This document shows, one piece after another, positions 1-21,059 of a stretch of DNA of 22,365 nt (position 1 is its first letter; each line of letters starts with the position of its first letter). Made by a program: the position numbers and the translations under genes. Source of the stretch: Eledone cirrhosa (Eukaryota); NCBI GenBank assembly GCA_964016885.1, contig CAXHJY010000385.1, forward strand, positions 1 through 22,365, written 5' to 3'. The notes under the pieces were generated by a model. The model did not search any database. It had not been told where the DNA came from and worked only from the letters and a program-made list of their open reading frames with translations.

Positions 1-2
1 AT

Positions 3-34
<32 letters not shown>

Positions 35-156
35 CATATATACATATACATATATTATATATACATATATACATATATATATATATATACGTATATATAT
101 ATATATACATACATATATATATACATATATATATATATACATATATATATATACAT
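1..156. repeat. (TA)n microsatellite with CA interruptions
   Basis: Directly visible alternating TA with interspersed CA. Confidence 0.98.
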
Positions 157-203
157 ATTCCTGATGATTTCAAATGAATGAAACAGTTCTAGTCCTGTAG
201 AAT
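157..203 (+). ncRNA. Candidate minimal type I hammerhead ribozyme (Penelope-like element/retrozyme type), probably slightly degenerate
   Basis: Stem I ATTC(157-160)/GAAT(200-203); core CTGATGA (161-167); stem II TTC(169-171)/GAA(176-178) with an AAAT loop and a T.T mismatch at the closing pair (168/179); GAAA (180-183); stem III ACAG(183-186)/CTGT(195-198) with loop TTCTAGTC; cleavage triplet GTA (197-199). Folded by eye. Confidence 0.7.
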
Positions 204-230
204 CTCTTCTATATTAAAACTGTTATACTC

Positions 231-11140
<10,910 letters not shown>

Positions 11141-11479
11141 CATCATCATCATTTCATTTTACGTCCGCTTTTCCCTGCTTGCAAGGGTGGGACGGGAACT
11201 GATTCTGGCTTGATTTCTACAGCTGGATGCCCTTCCTAACACCAACCTCATTTACAGTGAGTGCTGGGTGCTTTTTTGCCGTGGCACCTCCACGACCACT
11301 TTGCAGTGGAATGATATGGACCCCAGTCCCTATCATCTCATTTCTACAGCTGAGTAAACTGGAGCAATGTGAAATAAAGTGTCTTGCTCAAGGAAACAAC
11401 ACATCACCCGGTCTGAGAATTGAACTCACAACCTTTCGATTGCAAGGCCAATGCTCTAACCACTAAGCCATGTGCCTCC
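11141..11479 (-). mobile_element. tRNA-derived CORE-SINE with RTE-type 3' tail ending in (GAT)n
   Basis: Minus strand: tRNA-like head with A box TGGCTTAGTGG and B box GTTCAATTC; then TGTTTCCTTGAGCAAGACACTTTATTTCACATTGCTCCAGTTTACTCAGCTGTAGAAATG (~11339-11400), which resembles the MIR-type CORE domain as recalled; then a tail matching the RTE 3' UTR at ~17490-17720; ends in four ATG/GAT triplets (CAT x4 at 11141-11152 on +). Confidence 0.85.
11417..11470 (-). promoter_or_regulatory. Internal RNA polymerase III type 2 promoter (A and B boxes) of the SINE
   Basis: A box TGGCTTAGTGG (11470-11460) fits TRGCNNARYGG; B box GTTCAATTC (11425-11417) fits GTTCRANNC; spacing is tRNA-like. Confidence 0.8.
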
Positions 11480-11537
11480 ATAAATACACACATATATATA
11501 AAAATACACATACACATACATACATATATATACACAC

Positions 11538-12150
11538 ATGGTGGCTGCCAACTCGTTTTCGAGTACGGCCACTACTTTATATCCATGTAGGAGAACCCCT
11601 ACCGATGCGCTGAACGAGTGTGACTTTTTAGTCCAGTCAGCGACTTGAAAACTCTGGTACAAACACTACACTTGTGACAATTATTGACACATAGTGCTGG
11701 GCCCATGGTACCATGTGACGGCAAGTGCAGAGAGATCTCCAGATATAAAGCAATGCCTGTGCCGTGAAGCTTTTATAGTGAGCAAAGGCACTGCACAAAG
11801 CCAGTCCCACTCTCTTAACCAAGATGATATTTACCAAAAAGAAGAACAAGTCAACATCATTGGATACCATCAGGGTTGCAGGTGTTATATCAGAGTTTTC
11901 CTTCTCCTAGAATTCTGCCTTGACAAAGGCTAAGGGGTCATCTCTCCCAGTGATTTTGCATGGCCATTGACTCTTAAGAGCTCCTTTGCCCTTTGACAGG
12001 TTTTGTTTTTAGTCCTGCAGGATGTCCAAAGTCACCCTCCTCACCAAGAAACCTTAGTGGGGTTGCCAGTTTAGTCGCCAACGACCCGACCATGAGACAG
12101 GTTGTACTGGGATACATGTTACCAGTAGCACCAAGTGGTGACCTGACATA
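11538..12150 (-). mobile_element. Non-autonomous RTE-derived element (5' leader plus 3' end), copy 1
   Basis: About 98.5% identical to 12259-12862. On the minus strand it has CTAGGAGAAGGAAAACTCTGA (11910-11890, recalled as an RTE 5' UTR motif), a C2H2 remnant CSVCTRVFKSLTGLKSHTRSAH (11670-11605) then a stop, and a terminal stem-loop running into microsatellite. No EN or RT sequence. Confidence 0.65.
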
Positions 12151-12182
12151 ATATATATATACCTATATATATACATATATAC

Positions 12183-12217
<35 letters not shown>

Positions 12218-12258
12218 CATATATATATACATACATATATATATACATACATATATAT
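12151..12258. repeat. (TA)n/(CA) spacer between the tandem copies
   Basis: Directly visible. Confidence 0.95.
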
Positions 12259-12862
12259 ATGGTGGCTGCCACTCGTTTTCGAGTACGGCCACTACTTTAT
12301 ATCCATGTAGGAGAACCCCTACCGATGCGCTGAACGAGTGTGACTTTTTAGTCCAGCCAGTGACTTGAAAACTCTGGTACAAACACTACACTTGTGACAA
12401 TTATTGACACATAGTGCTGGGCCCATGTGAGGACAAGTGCAGAGAGATCTCCAGATATAAAGCAATGCCTGTGCCGTGAAGCTTTTATAGTGAGCAAAGG
12501 CACTGCACAAAGCCAGTCCCACTCTCTTAACCAAGATGATATTTACCAAAAAGAAGAACAAGTCAACATCATTGGATACCATCAGGGTTGCAGGTGTTAT
12601 ATCAGAGTTTTCCTTCTCCTAGAATTCTGCCTTGACAAAGGCTAAGGGGTCATCTCTCCCGGTGATTTTGGATGGCCATTGACTCTTAAGAGCTCCTTTG
12701 CCCTTTGACAGGTTTTGTTTTTAGTCCTGCAGGATGTCCAAAGTCACCCTCCTCACCAAGAAACCTTGGTGGGGTTGCCAGTTTAGTCGCCAACGACCCG
12801 ACCATGGGACAGGTTGTACTGGGATACATGTTACCAGTAGCACCAACTGGTGACCTGACATA
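12259..12862 (-). mobile_element. Non-autonomous RTE-derived element (5' leader plus 3' end), copy 2
   Basis: Same layout as copy 1: motif at 12622-12602, C2H2 CSVCTRVFKSLAGLKSHTRSAH at 12390-12325, stop at 12321-12319, and terminal hairpin GTGGC..ACTCG-AAAA-CGAGT..GCCAC (12292-12262). Confidence 0.65.
12319..12390 (-). pseudogene. Remnant C-terminal C2H2 zinc finger of an RTE/BovB-type ORF
   Basis: C-x2-C-x3-F-x5-L-x2-H-x4-H just before a stop codon and a short 3' UTR, as at the C-terminus of BovB-like RTE proteins. The rest of ORF 12319-12582 is not recognisable. Confidence 0.65.
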
Positions 12863-12887
12863 CATATATACATATATATATACATAC

Positions 12888-12950
<63 letters not shown>

Positions 12951-13080
12951 CATATATATACATATATATATACATATATACATATATATATACACATATA
13001 TACATATATATATACACATATATACATATATATATACACATATATACATATATATATATATACATACATATATATATACA
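12863..13080. repeat. (TA)n/(CA) microsatellite
   Basis: Directly visible. Confidence 0.95.
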
Positions 13081-14944
13081 TGATGTAAATGTCTGTTTAC
13101 AAATATACGGAGATATGTGAAATACTGAACGAACAGTACAAAAGTGTCTTCACATGTCCACTGAGGCACATGCAAATAACGAAGCCAGAGGAGTTCTTTG
13201 ATGCCACAACACTACATCAAGAAATGGCAACCATCAACCACATAGACATAACGGAGGAGGATGTGGTGTACGCCATTGATGAAATTAGAACAGACTCGGC
13301 TGCTGGACCTGATGGATTCCCAGCAGTTCTCCTAAAAATATGTAAGCGGGCCTTAGCAACTCCACTGAAGATGCTCTTCAGAAGCTCCTTGGCTAGCGGT
13401 GTACTACCCAGGGAGCTGAAAGAAGGCACAATATGCCCTATCCATAAAGGAGGTAGTAGAGCGGAGGCCAAGAACTATAGGCCAGTCTCCCTGACGTCGC
13501 ATATCAGTAAGGTCATGGAGCGAGTCATCAGAAAGAAACTAATCACTTTCCTCGAAGAAAATGACCGCCTGACTAGCACGCAACATGGCTTCCGCCCAGG
13601 AAGAAGCTGCCTTACACAGCTGCTACATCACTACGACTGGGTACTGAGACAGCTACTAGACAGCTCACATGTAGACGTGATATATCTTGACTTTGCGAAG
13701 GCCTTTGACAAGGTCGACCACGGAATGATATGTCACAAACTACACGGACTCGGCATAACTGGAAAAGTAGGTGAGTGGCTGCATGGCTTCCTGAGGAAAA
13801 GAAGCCAGGCAGTCGCAGCAAATGGGGCCCTCTCGAGGGAAACACCGATAACAAGTGGGGTGCCTCAGGGGACAGTCCTGGGACCACTACTGTTTTTGGT
13901 GGCTCTCTCGGACATGCCCTCTGTGGTGCATGCAACAACATCCCTCACTAGCTATGCTGATGACACTAAGGTAGCACAGGCAATCAAAAACCCGGCTGAC
14001 GCTGCCCTCTTACAGCAGGATCTGGATGCCATATACAGATGGGCGGAAGAAAACAACATGCAGTTTAATGCTGGCAAATTTCAAGCCCTACAATACAAAC
14101 CTGCAAACACAAACACAAATATAGCGGAACACAGCTACACAGGACCAGGAGGGACCGATATCCCCGTGTCAAAATCGATACGAGACCTGGGCATAGACAT
14201 GAGCGATGATGCATCTTTTTCTTCACACATCATGAAGGTGGCGACAGCATGTAGACGATTCGCTGGCTGGATCTTGAGGACTTTCCTTACAAGAGATCGA
14301 GACACCATGTTGACACTGTGGAGGACTTTCGTCCTAAGCCGCCTGGACTACTGCTCCCAGCTGTGGTCACCCCATAGTGTCAAACTAACCACAGAGCTTG
14401 AGGCAATCCAGCGAAGCTACACCAAGAGGATTGCCAAGATGAGGGAGACAAGCTACTGGGAGAGGCTGAAGGAACTGAACCTCTACTCCTTGGAGCGAAG
14501 ACGGGAGAGATACGCAGTGATCTACATGTGGAAAATCCTGGAGGGACTAGCAGCAAACTTTGGCATTGGGAGCTGGACCAACCGTCGAACAGGACGTCAC
14601 TGTGTGGTGCCAAAGGTCCCGTCTTCCACATCTAGAATAAGGAGCAGGTATTGCAATAGCCTGGGATTCAAGGGCCCTCAACTCTTCAACAGGCTGCCGA
14701 GGCATCTGCGAGACTTGCATGACGTGGAGGTGGATGTCTTTAAGAAACATCTCGACACCTTGTTATCCAGGATCCCGGATGAGCCCACAGCAAGACACGA
14801 GGGAAACCTAAGGGCAGCAGCAACAAACTCCCTCCTACACCAGTGGCCAACCTATACAGGCTGGAGATAAAATGTGTAGCAACAAGGGCGGTGCCCCAGC
14901 ATGGCCTCAGCCGGATGGCTGAAACAGGTAAAAGAGTAAAAGAG

Positions 14945-14946
<2 letters not shown>
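13081..14946 (+). mobile_element. 5'-truncated non-LTR retrotransposon, CR1/L2 group (clade unresolved)
   Basis: RT ORF followed by a 76-bp 3' UTR with hairpin TCAGCC-GGAT-GGCTGA (14907-14922) and tandem tail (GTAAAAGA)x2+GTA (14928-14946). Starts in the EN-RT linker ([12 protein letters not shown]); no endonuclease domain or ORF1. Confidence 0.9.
13089..14870 (+). CDS. LINE ORF2 fragment: reverse transcriptase and C-terminal region (593 aa; the ATG is probably not the native start)
   Basis: Motifs [58 protein letters not shown] (13953-13964), [21 protein letters not shown]; no stops or frameshifts. Confidence 0.92.
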   Translation: MSVYKYTEICEILNEQYKSVFTCPLRHMQITKPEEFFDATTLHQEMATINHIDITEEDVVYAIDEIRTDSAAGPDGFPAVLLKICKRALATPLKMLFRSSLASGVLPRELKEGTICPIHKGGSRAEAKNYRPVSLTSHISKVMERVIRKKLITFLEENDRLTSTQHGFRPGRSCLTQLLHHYDWVLRQLLDSSHVDVIYLDFAKAFDKVDHGMICHKLHGLGITGKVGEWLHGFLRKRSQAVAANGALSRETPITSGVPQGTVLGPLLFLVALSDMPSVVHATTSLTSYADDTKVAQAIKNPADAALLQQDLDAIYRWAEENNMQFNAGKFQALQYKPANTNTNIAEHSYTGPGGTDIPVSKSIRDLGIDMSDDASFSSHIMKVATACRRFAGWILRTFLTRDRDTMLTLWRTFVLSRLDYCSQLWSPHSVKLTTELEAIQRSYTKRIAKMRETSYWERLKELNLYSLERRRERYAVIYMWKILEGLAANFGIGSWTNRRTGRHCVVPKVPSSTSRIRSRYCNSLGFKGPQLFNRLPRHLRDLHDVEVDVFKKHLDTLLSRIPDEPTARHEGNLRAAATNSLLHQWPTYTGWR

Positions 14947-15743
<797 letters not shown>

Positions 15744-15750
15744 ACTGGGC

Positions 15751-15810
15751 CTTCGGAAATAGTTGCTGGAATGCTGAAGGCTTCGGAAATAGTTGCTGAG
15801 ATGCTGAAGG
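15751..15810 (+). repeat. 30-bp in-frame tandem duplication at the RTE 5' truncation point
   Basis: CTTCGGAAATAGTTGCTGGAATGCTGAAGG followed by CTTCGGAAATAGTTGCTGAGATGCTGAAGG (28/30 identical). Confidence 0.95.
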
Positions 15811-17387
15811 CATCTGGCACGGTGGGACACACCATGGTCACCCGCATAGTTAACCAAGTCGTACAGAATGGGGTTGTTCCGAAGGACTGGCATAGCAGCA
15901 TCATCGTTAACTGTTATAAGGGTAAAGGAGACGCCCTAGATAGGAGTAACTATAGAGGCATTAAATTAATCGACCAGGTCATGAAGGTCACGGAAAAAGT
16001 AATAGCGCAACTAATCAGAGAGAGAATTGATCTAGATGAAATGCAGTTCGGGTTTGTGTCAGGCAAAAGCACCACAGACGCTCTTTTCATAGTACGACAA
16101 CTACAGGAGAAGTACCTAGCTAAAGGTAAACCCCTCTACTTAGCTTTTGTCGACCTGGAGAAAGCCTTCGACAGAGTCCCCCGCTCCATTATCTGGTGGG
16201 CTCTTAGAAAACTAGGCGTTGACGAATGGCTTGTGAGGGCTATACAAGCCATGTATAAAGAAACAGTCAGCAAGGTTAGAATTAACAACGAATATAGTGA
16301 AGAGTTTAGCGTAAAAGTTGGCGTCCATCAGGGCTCTGTTCTCAGCCCCCTACTATTTATTATTGCCCTTCAGGCTATAACAGAGGAGTTCAAGACAGGC
16401 TGCCCATGGGAACTCCTATACGCAGACGACCTGACACTCATAGCGGAATCAATGGCCGAGCTAGAGAAGAAATTCCAAACATGGAAGCACGGCCTAGAGT
16501 CAAAAGGACTTAAAATTAACCTGGCTAAGACCAAAGTTCTAGTTTGTAGGAAAGAAAACAAGGCGGCGGTCCCTTCTGGGAAATGGTCGTGCTCGGTATG
16601 TAGGAAAGGCGTAGGTAGAAACTCCATCTTATGTCCTAAATGCAAAGTATGGGTGCATAAAAGATGTAGTGGGATCACAGGTAAGCTAACTAAGAACATA
16701 GACTTTACATGTGGCCGGTGTTCTGGTGCAATAAGTAGCAGCAAGTGCCCACAAAATACTAGCTCTTTCAATTGCGCAGAGGGTTCTATAGAAATAGTGG
16801 ACAGCTTCCGTTACCTGGGCGATAAAATCAGCAGTGAGGGAGGGTGCTCTGAAAGTACTGTAGCTAGAGTCAGAACTGGTTGGAAAAAGTTCAGAGAGCT
16901 TATACCACTATTAGCTGCTAAAGGGTTCTCCCTAAAAATGAAAGGCAGGTTGTACGATGCCTGCATACGAACAGCATTGTTGCATGGTAGTGAGACCTGG
17001 GCATTGTGTGCAGAGGATATACGCAGACTAGAGAGGAACGAAGCTTGCATGCTCCGCTGGATGTGTAACAGTAATATACGTGAACGGCAAAGCATAAACG
17101 AACTAAGGAAAAAATTAGAGATAAGAGGGATCAGATGTTGTTTACTCGAGAGAAGGCTGCGTTGGTATGGACACGTGATGCGCATGAAAGTCGATAGCTG
17201 TATTACAAAGTGCAGGGCAATAAAGATAGACTTTAGCCACGGAATAGGCAGACCTAGAAAAACATGGGATGAGCTGATAAACTCCGACCTCACACACTTA
17301 CACCTCTCCAAGACAATGTCACTGGACCGTGACCTTTGGCGGTACTCAGTAACAGAGAAGACCCGCCTTGCCAGTAGGCATCTCTAA
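15771..17387 (+). CDS. RTE-clade reverse transcriptase fragment with embedded PHD finger (538 aa; N-terminal endonuclease missing)
   Basis: [48 protein letters not shown] (16419-16430), [15 protein letters not shown]; C4HC3 motif at 16590-16721; frame uninterrupted. Confidence 0.92.
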   Translation: MLKASEIVAEMLKASGTVGHTMVTRIVNQVVQNGVVPKDWHSSIIVNCYKGKGDALDRSNYRGIKLIDQVMKVTEKVIAQLIRERIDLDEMQFGFVSGKSTTDALFIVRQLQEKYLAKGKPLYLAFVDLEKAFDRVPRSIIWWALRKLGVDEWLVRAIQAMYKETVSKVRINNEYSEEFSVKVGVHQGSVLSPLLFIIALQAITEEFKTGCPWELLYADDLTLIAESMAELEKKFQTWKHGLESKGLKINLAKTKVLVCRKENKAAVPSGKWSCSVCRKGVGRNSILCPKCKVWVHKRCSGITGKLTKNIDFTCGRCSGAISSSKCPQNTSSFNCAEGSIEIVDSFRYLGDKISSEGGCSESTVARVRTGWKKFRELIPLLAAKGFSLKMKGRLYDACIRTALLHGSETWALCAEDIRRLERNEACMLRWMCNSNIRERQSINELRKKLEIRGIRCCLLERRLRWYGHVMRMKVDSCITKCRAIKIDFSHGIGRPRKTWDELINSDLTHLHLSKTMSLDRDLWRYSVTEKTRLASRHL

Positions 17388-17744
17388 CAAAATACACCCC
17401 TCCCGCCGCCACCCCCACCCCATCCACACCACCCCGTTCTATGTAAAGTTATGTTGGTGCCGCGCCATCGAGGCCGAAACAAATGAGATCGTGTAGGTGT
17501 CACGACAAAAAAACACACAGTCCACGCTGTAATGTGGCCGTGTAGGCAACACGGTAAAAACCTCCCAGACCCACACTGGTAAATGTGGGGGGGTGTTAGG
17601 AAGGGCATCCAACTGGTAGAAAACCTGCCAGACAGTCCTATGCGAGCAAGACAATCACTCTTGCCTCGAAGTGGGACTACCCCCGTCCAAACCCATGCAT
17701 GCGTGGAACTCGGACGGGTTAACGGGGTGGAGGATGGAGGAGGA

Positions 17745-18082
17745 GTGAGTGAGAGTAGTAGTGTAGTAGAGTAGTGTATGTACTGTCATGTCATGAGTAG
17801 TGAGTAGTAGTGAGAGTATAGTATGTATGTGTGTGTATGTATGTATGTGTGTGTATGTATAGCAGTAGTATAGTAATACATACAGTGAGTATAGTACAGT
17901 AGTAGTGTAGAGTATAGTATAGCTTAGAGTATGTATACAGTGTATGTTGTGTGTGTGTGTGTATGTATGTGTGTGTGTGTATGTATGTGTGTGTGTGTAT
18001 GTATGTATGTGTGTGTATGTGTGTGTGTGTGTGTGTGTGTATGTACTGTATGTATGTGTGTATGTATGTATGTATGTATGTC

Positions 18083-18113
<31 letters not shown>

Positions 18114-18146
18114 ATGTGTGTGTGTATGTATGTATGTATGTATGTA

Positions 18147-18179
<33 letters not shown>

Positions 18180-19581
18180 GTATGTATGTATAGTAGTAAG
18201 TATGTACAGTACATATATGTGTGTAGAGTAGTGTATGTATGTGAGTGAGTAGTGTATGTATGTGTGTGTGTGTGTGTATAGTATGTCATAGTATAGTGAG
18301 TATAATATGTCATGTATGAGTGTGTAGAGTATGTATAGAGTAGAGCAGTATAGTATAGTATATAGAGATATAGTATATAGTATAGTATAGTATAGTAGTA
18401 CATAGTATATAGTATAGTAGTATAGAGTATAGTATACTAGTAGTATATAGTATGAGTAGAGTGAGTATATATAGTATAGTATGACAGTATAGTATATAGT
18501 ATGTGAGATACATAGTATATATATATAGTACATATATATAGTATATATAGTCAGTATAGTATAGTAGTATAGAGTATAGTATAGTATATAGTAGTACATA
18601 TAGTATATAGTAGTATATATAGTATAGTATATAGTGAGTATAGTATAGATATATATATATAGTATATAGTACATACATAGTATAGTATAGTAGTAGTAGT
18701 ATATATGATAGTATGAGTAGAGTATATACATAGTATGAGTGAGAGTAGTATAGTATAGTATAGTATGAGTAGAGTATACAGTATAGTATGAGTGAGTGTA
18801 GTAAGTATGAGTGAGTGAGCTGTACATAGTATAGTGAGTATGAGTATACATGTATAGTATAGTATATAGTAGTACAGTATATAGTATGTAGTATAGTATG
18901 AGTAGTATAGTATAGTATAGTAGTGTGTGTGTGTACATGTATAGTATGTGTGAGTGAGTACTGTATGTATAGAGTATGTATAGTATAGTATAGTACAGTA
19001 CATAGAGTGATAGTATATAGTATGACATAGTAGTATAGAGTATAGTATAGTATAGTATAGTAGTAGTGAGTATAGTATATATAGAGTAGTGTGTGTGTAT
19101 GTATGTGTGTGTGTGGTAGAGTACAGTATAGTAGATAGAGTAGTATAGTACAGTATGATAGTATGAGTGAGTATGTATAGTATAGTAGTATATAGTATGT
19201 CATATAGAGTATGAGTATGTATAGATACAGTATAGTATAGTATATATACATAGTATACATATAGTATACAGTATAGTATGAGTACAGTATAGTACATGAC
19301 ATAGTACAGTAGATAGTAGTATACATACAGTATATATAGTAGTATATAGTCAGTAGTGAGTATAGTACATATATATATATATATATACATACAGTATATG
19401 AGTAGTATATGTCATGATATATATAGTAGTATAGTACATAGTATAGTATAGAGTATAGTACATATATAGTAGTACAGTATATAGTATATAGTGAGTATAA
19501 GTATAGTATAGTATATAGTAGTATATAGTATAGTACAGTATAGAGTAGTATATATACATATAGTATAGATAGTACATACAG
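17745..19581. repeat. Degenerate low-complexity tract of (TG)n/(TATG)n and (TATAG)n-like units
   Basis: G-rich and C-poor on the + strand with irregular periodicity; boundaries approximate. Confidence 0.85.
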
Positions 19582-19726
19582 TATATATATATATATATAT
19601 ATATACATACATATATATATATATATACATATATATACATACATATATATATATATATACATATATATACATATATATATACATACATACATATATATAT
19701 ATATATACATATATATACATATATAT

Positions 19727-19763
<37 letters not shown>

Positions 19764-19782
19764 CATACATATATATATATAT

Positions 19783-19819
<37 letters not shown>

Positions 19820-20018
19820 CATACATATATATATATATATACATACATACATATATATATATATATACATACATACATATATATATATACATACATACAT
19901 ATATATATATATATACATACATACATATATATATATATATACATACATACATATATATATATATATACATACATACATATATATATATATACATACATAC
20001 ATACATATATATATATAT

Positions 20019-20063
<45 letters not shown>

Positions 20064-20131
20064 CATACATATATATATATACATACATACATATATAATA
20101 TATACATACATACATACATATATATATATAT

Positions 20132-20174
<43 letters not shown>

Positions 20175-20300
20175 CATACATATATATATATACATACATA
20201 TATATATATACATACATATATATATATATACATACATATATATATATACATACATATATATATATACATACATATATATATATATATATATACATACATA

Positions 20301-20341
<41 letters not shown>

Positions 20342-20468
20342 ACATACATACATATATATATATACTACATACATATATATATACATACATATATATATAT
20401 ATACATACATATATATATATACATACATATATATATATATACATACATATATATATATATATACATAC

Positions 20469-20535
<67 letters not shown>

Positions 20536-20598
20536 CATACATATATATATATACATACATATATATATATACATACATACATATATATACATACATAC

Positions 20599-20637
<39 letters not shown>

Positions 20638-21028
20638 AATACATATATACACATATATATATATACATACATACATATACATACATACATATACATACAT
20701 ACACATACATACATATACATATATATATATATATATATATACATACATATATATACATATATATATATACATACATACATATACATATACATACATATAC
20801 ATACATATACATACATACATATACATATACATACATATATATACATATATATACTTATATATATATATACATATATACATACATACATATACATACATAC
20901 ATATACATATACATACATATACATATATATATATACATATACATATATACATATATACATATACATATATATATATATACATACATATACATATATTACA
21001 TATACATATATACATATATATACATATA

Positions 21029-21059
<31 letters not shown>

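Larger units (their letters stand above)
15744..17744 (+). mobile_element. 5'-truncated RTE-clade non-LTR retrotransposon with 3' UTR
   Basis: Frame begins at the microsatellite edge with TGPSEIVA (remnant of the GP-x-x-I-x-x-E-x-L-K pre-RT motif); RTE-type C-terminus [24 protein letters not shown]; 3' UTR with terminal stem CCCGTCC(17682-17688)/GGACGGG(17712-17718). The 3' boundary is approximate. Confidence 0.9.

Noticed and set aside
11405-11479. Functional tRNA gene (CTTGCAA resembles an anticodon loop)
   Set aside because: Acceptor and anticodon stems do not pair properly, and the sequence continues into CORE and LINE-derived tail, so it is a SINE head.
11637-12645. Short ORFs in the duplicated unit (e.g. 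11694-11933, 12427-12645, 12319-12582) as host genes
   Set aside because: They lie in a repeated mobile unit, are disrupted differently in the two copies, and only the terminal C2H2 remnant is recognisable.
12775-12862. Canonical HDV-like ribozyme at the 5' end of the RTE derivative
   Set aside because: P4-like, CTAA and P2-like parts are present, but I could not place P1, P3 and L3 in the required order; kept only as an unclassified structured leader.
13957-13963. Second CTGATGA hammerhead core
   Set aside because: It is simply the codons of the RT YADD motif, with no GAAA or stems in the right arrangement.
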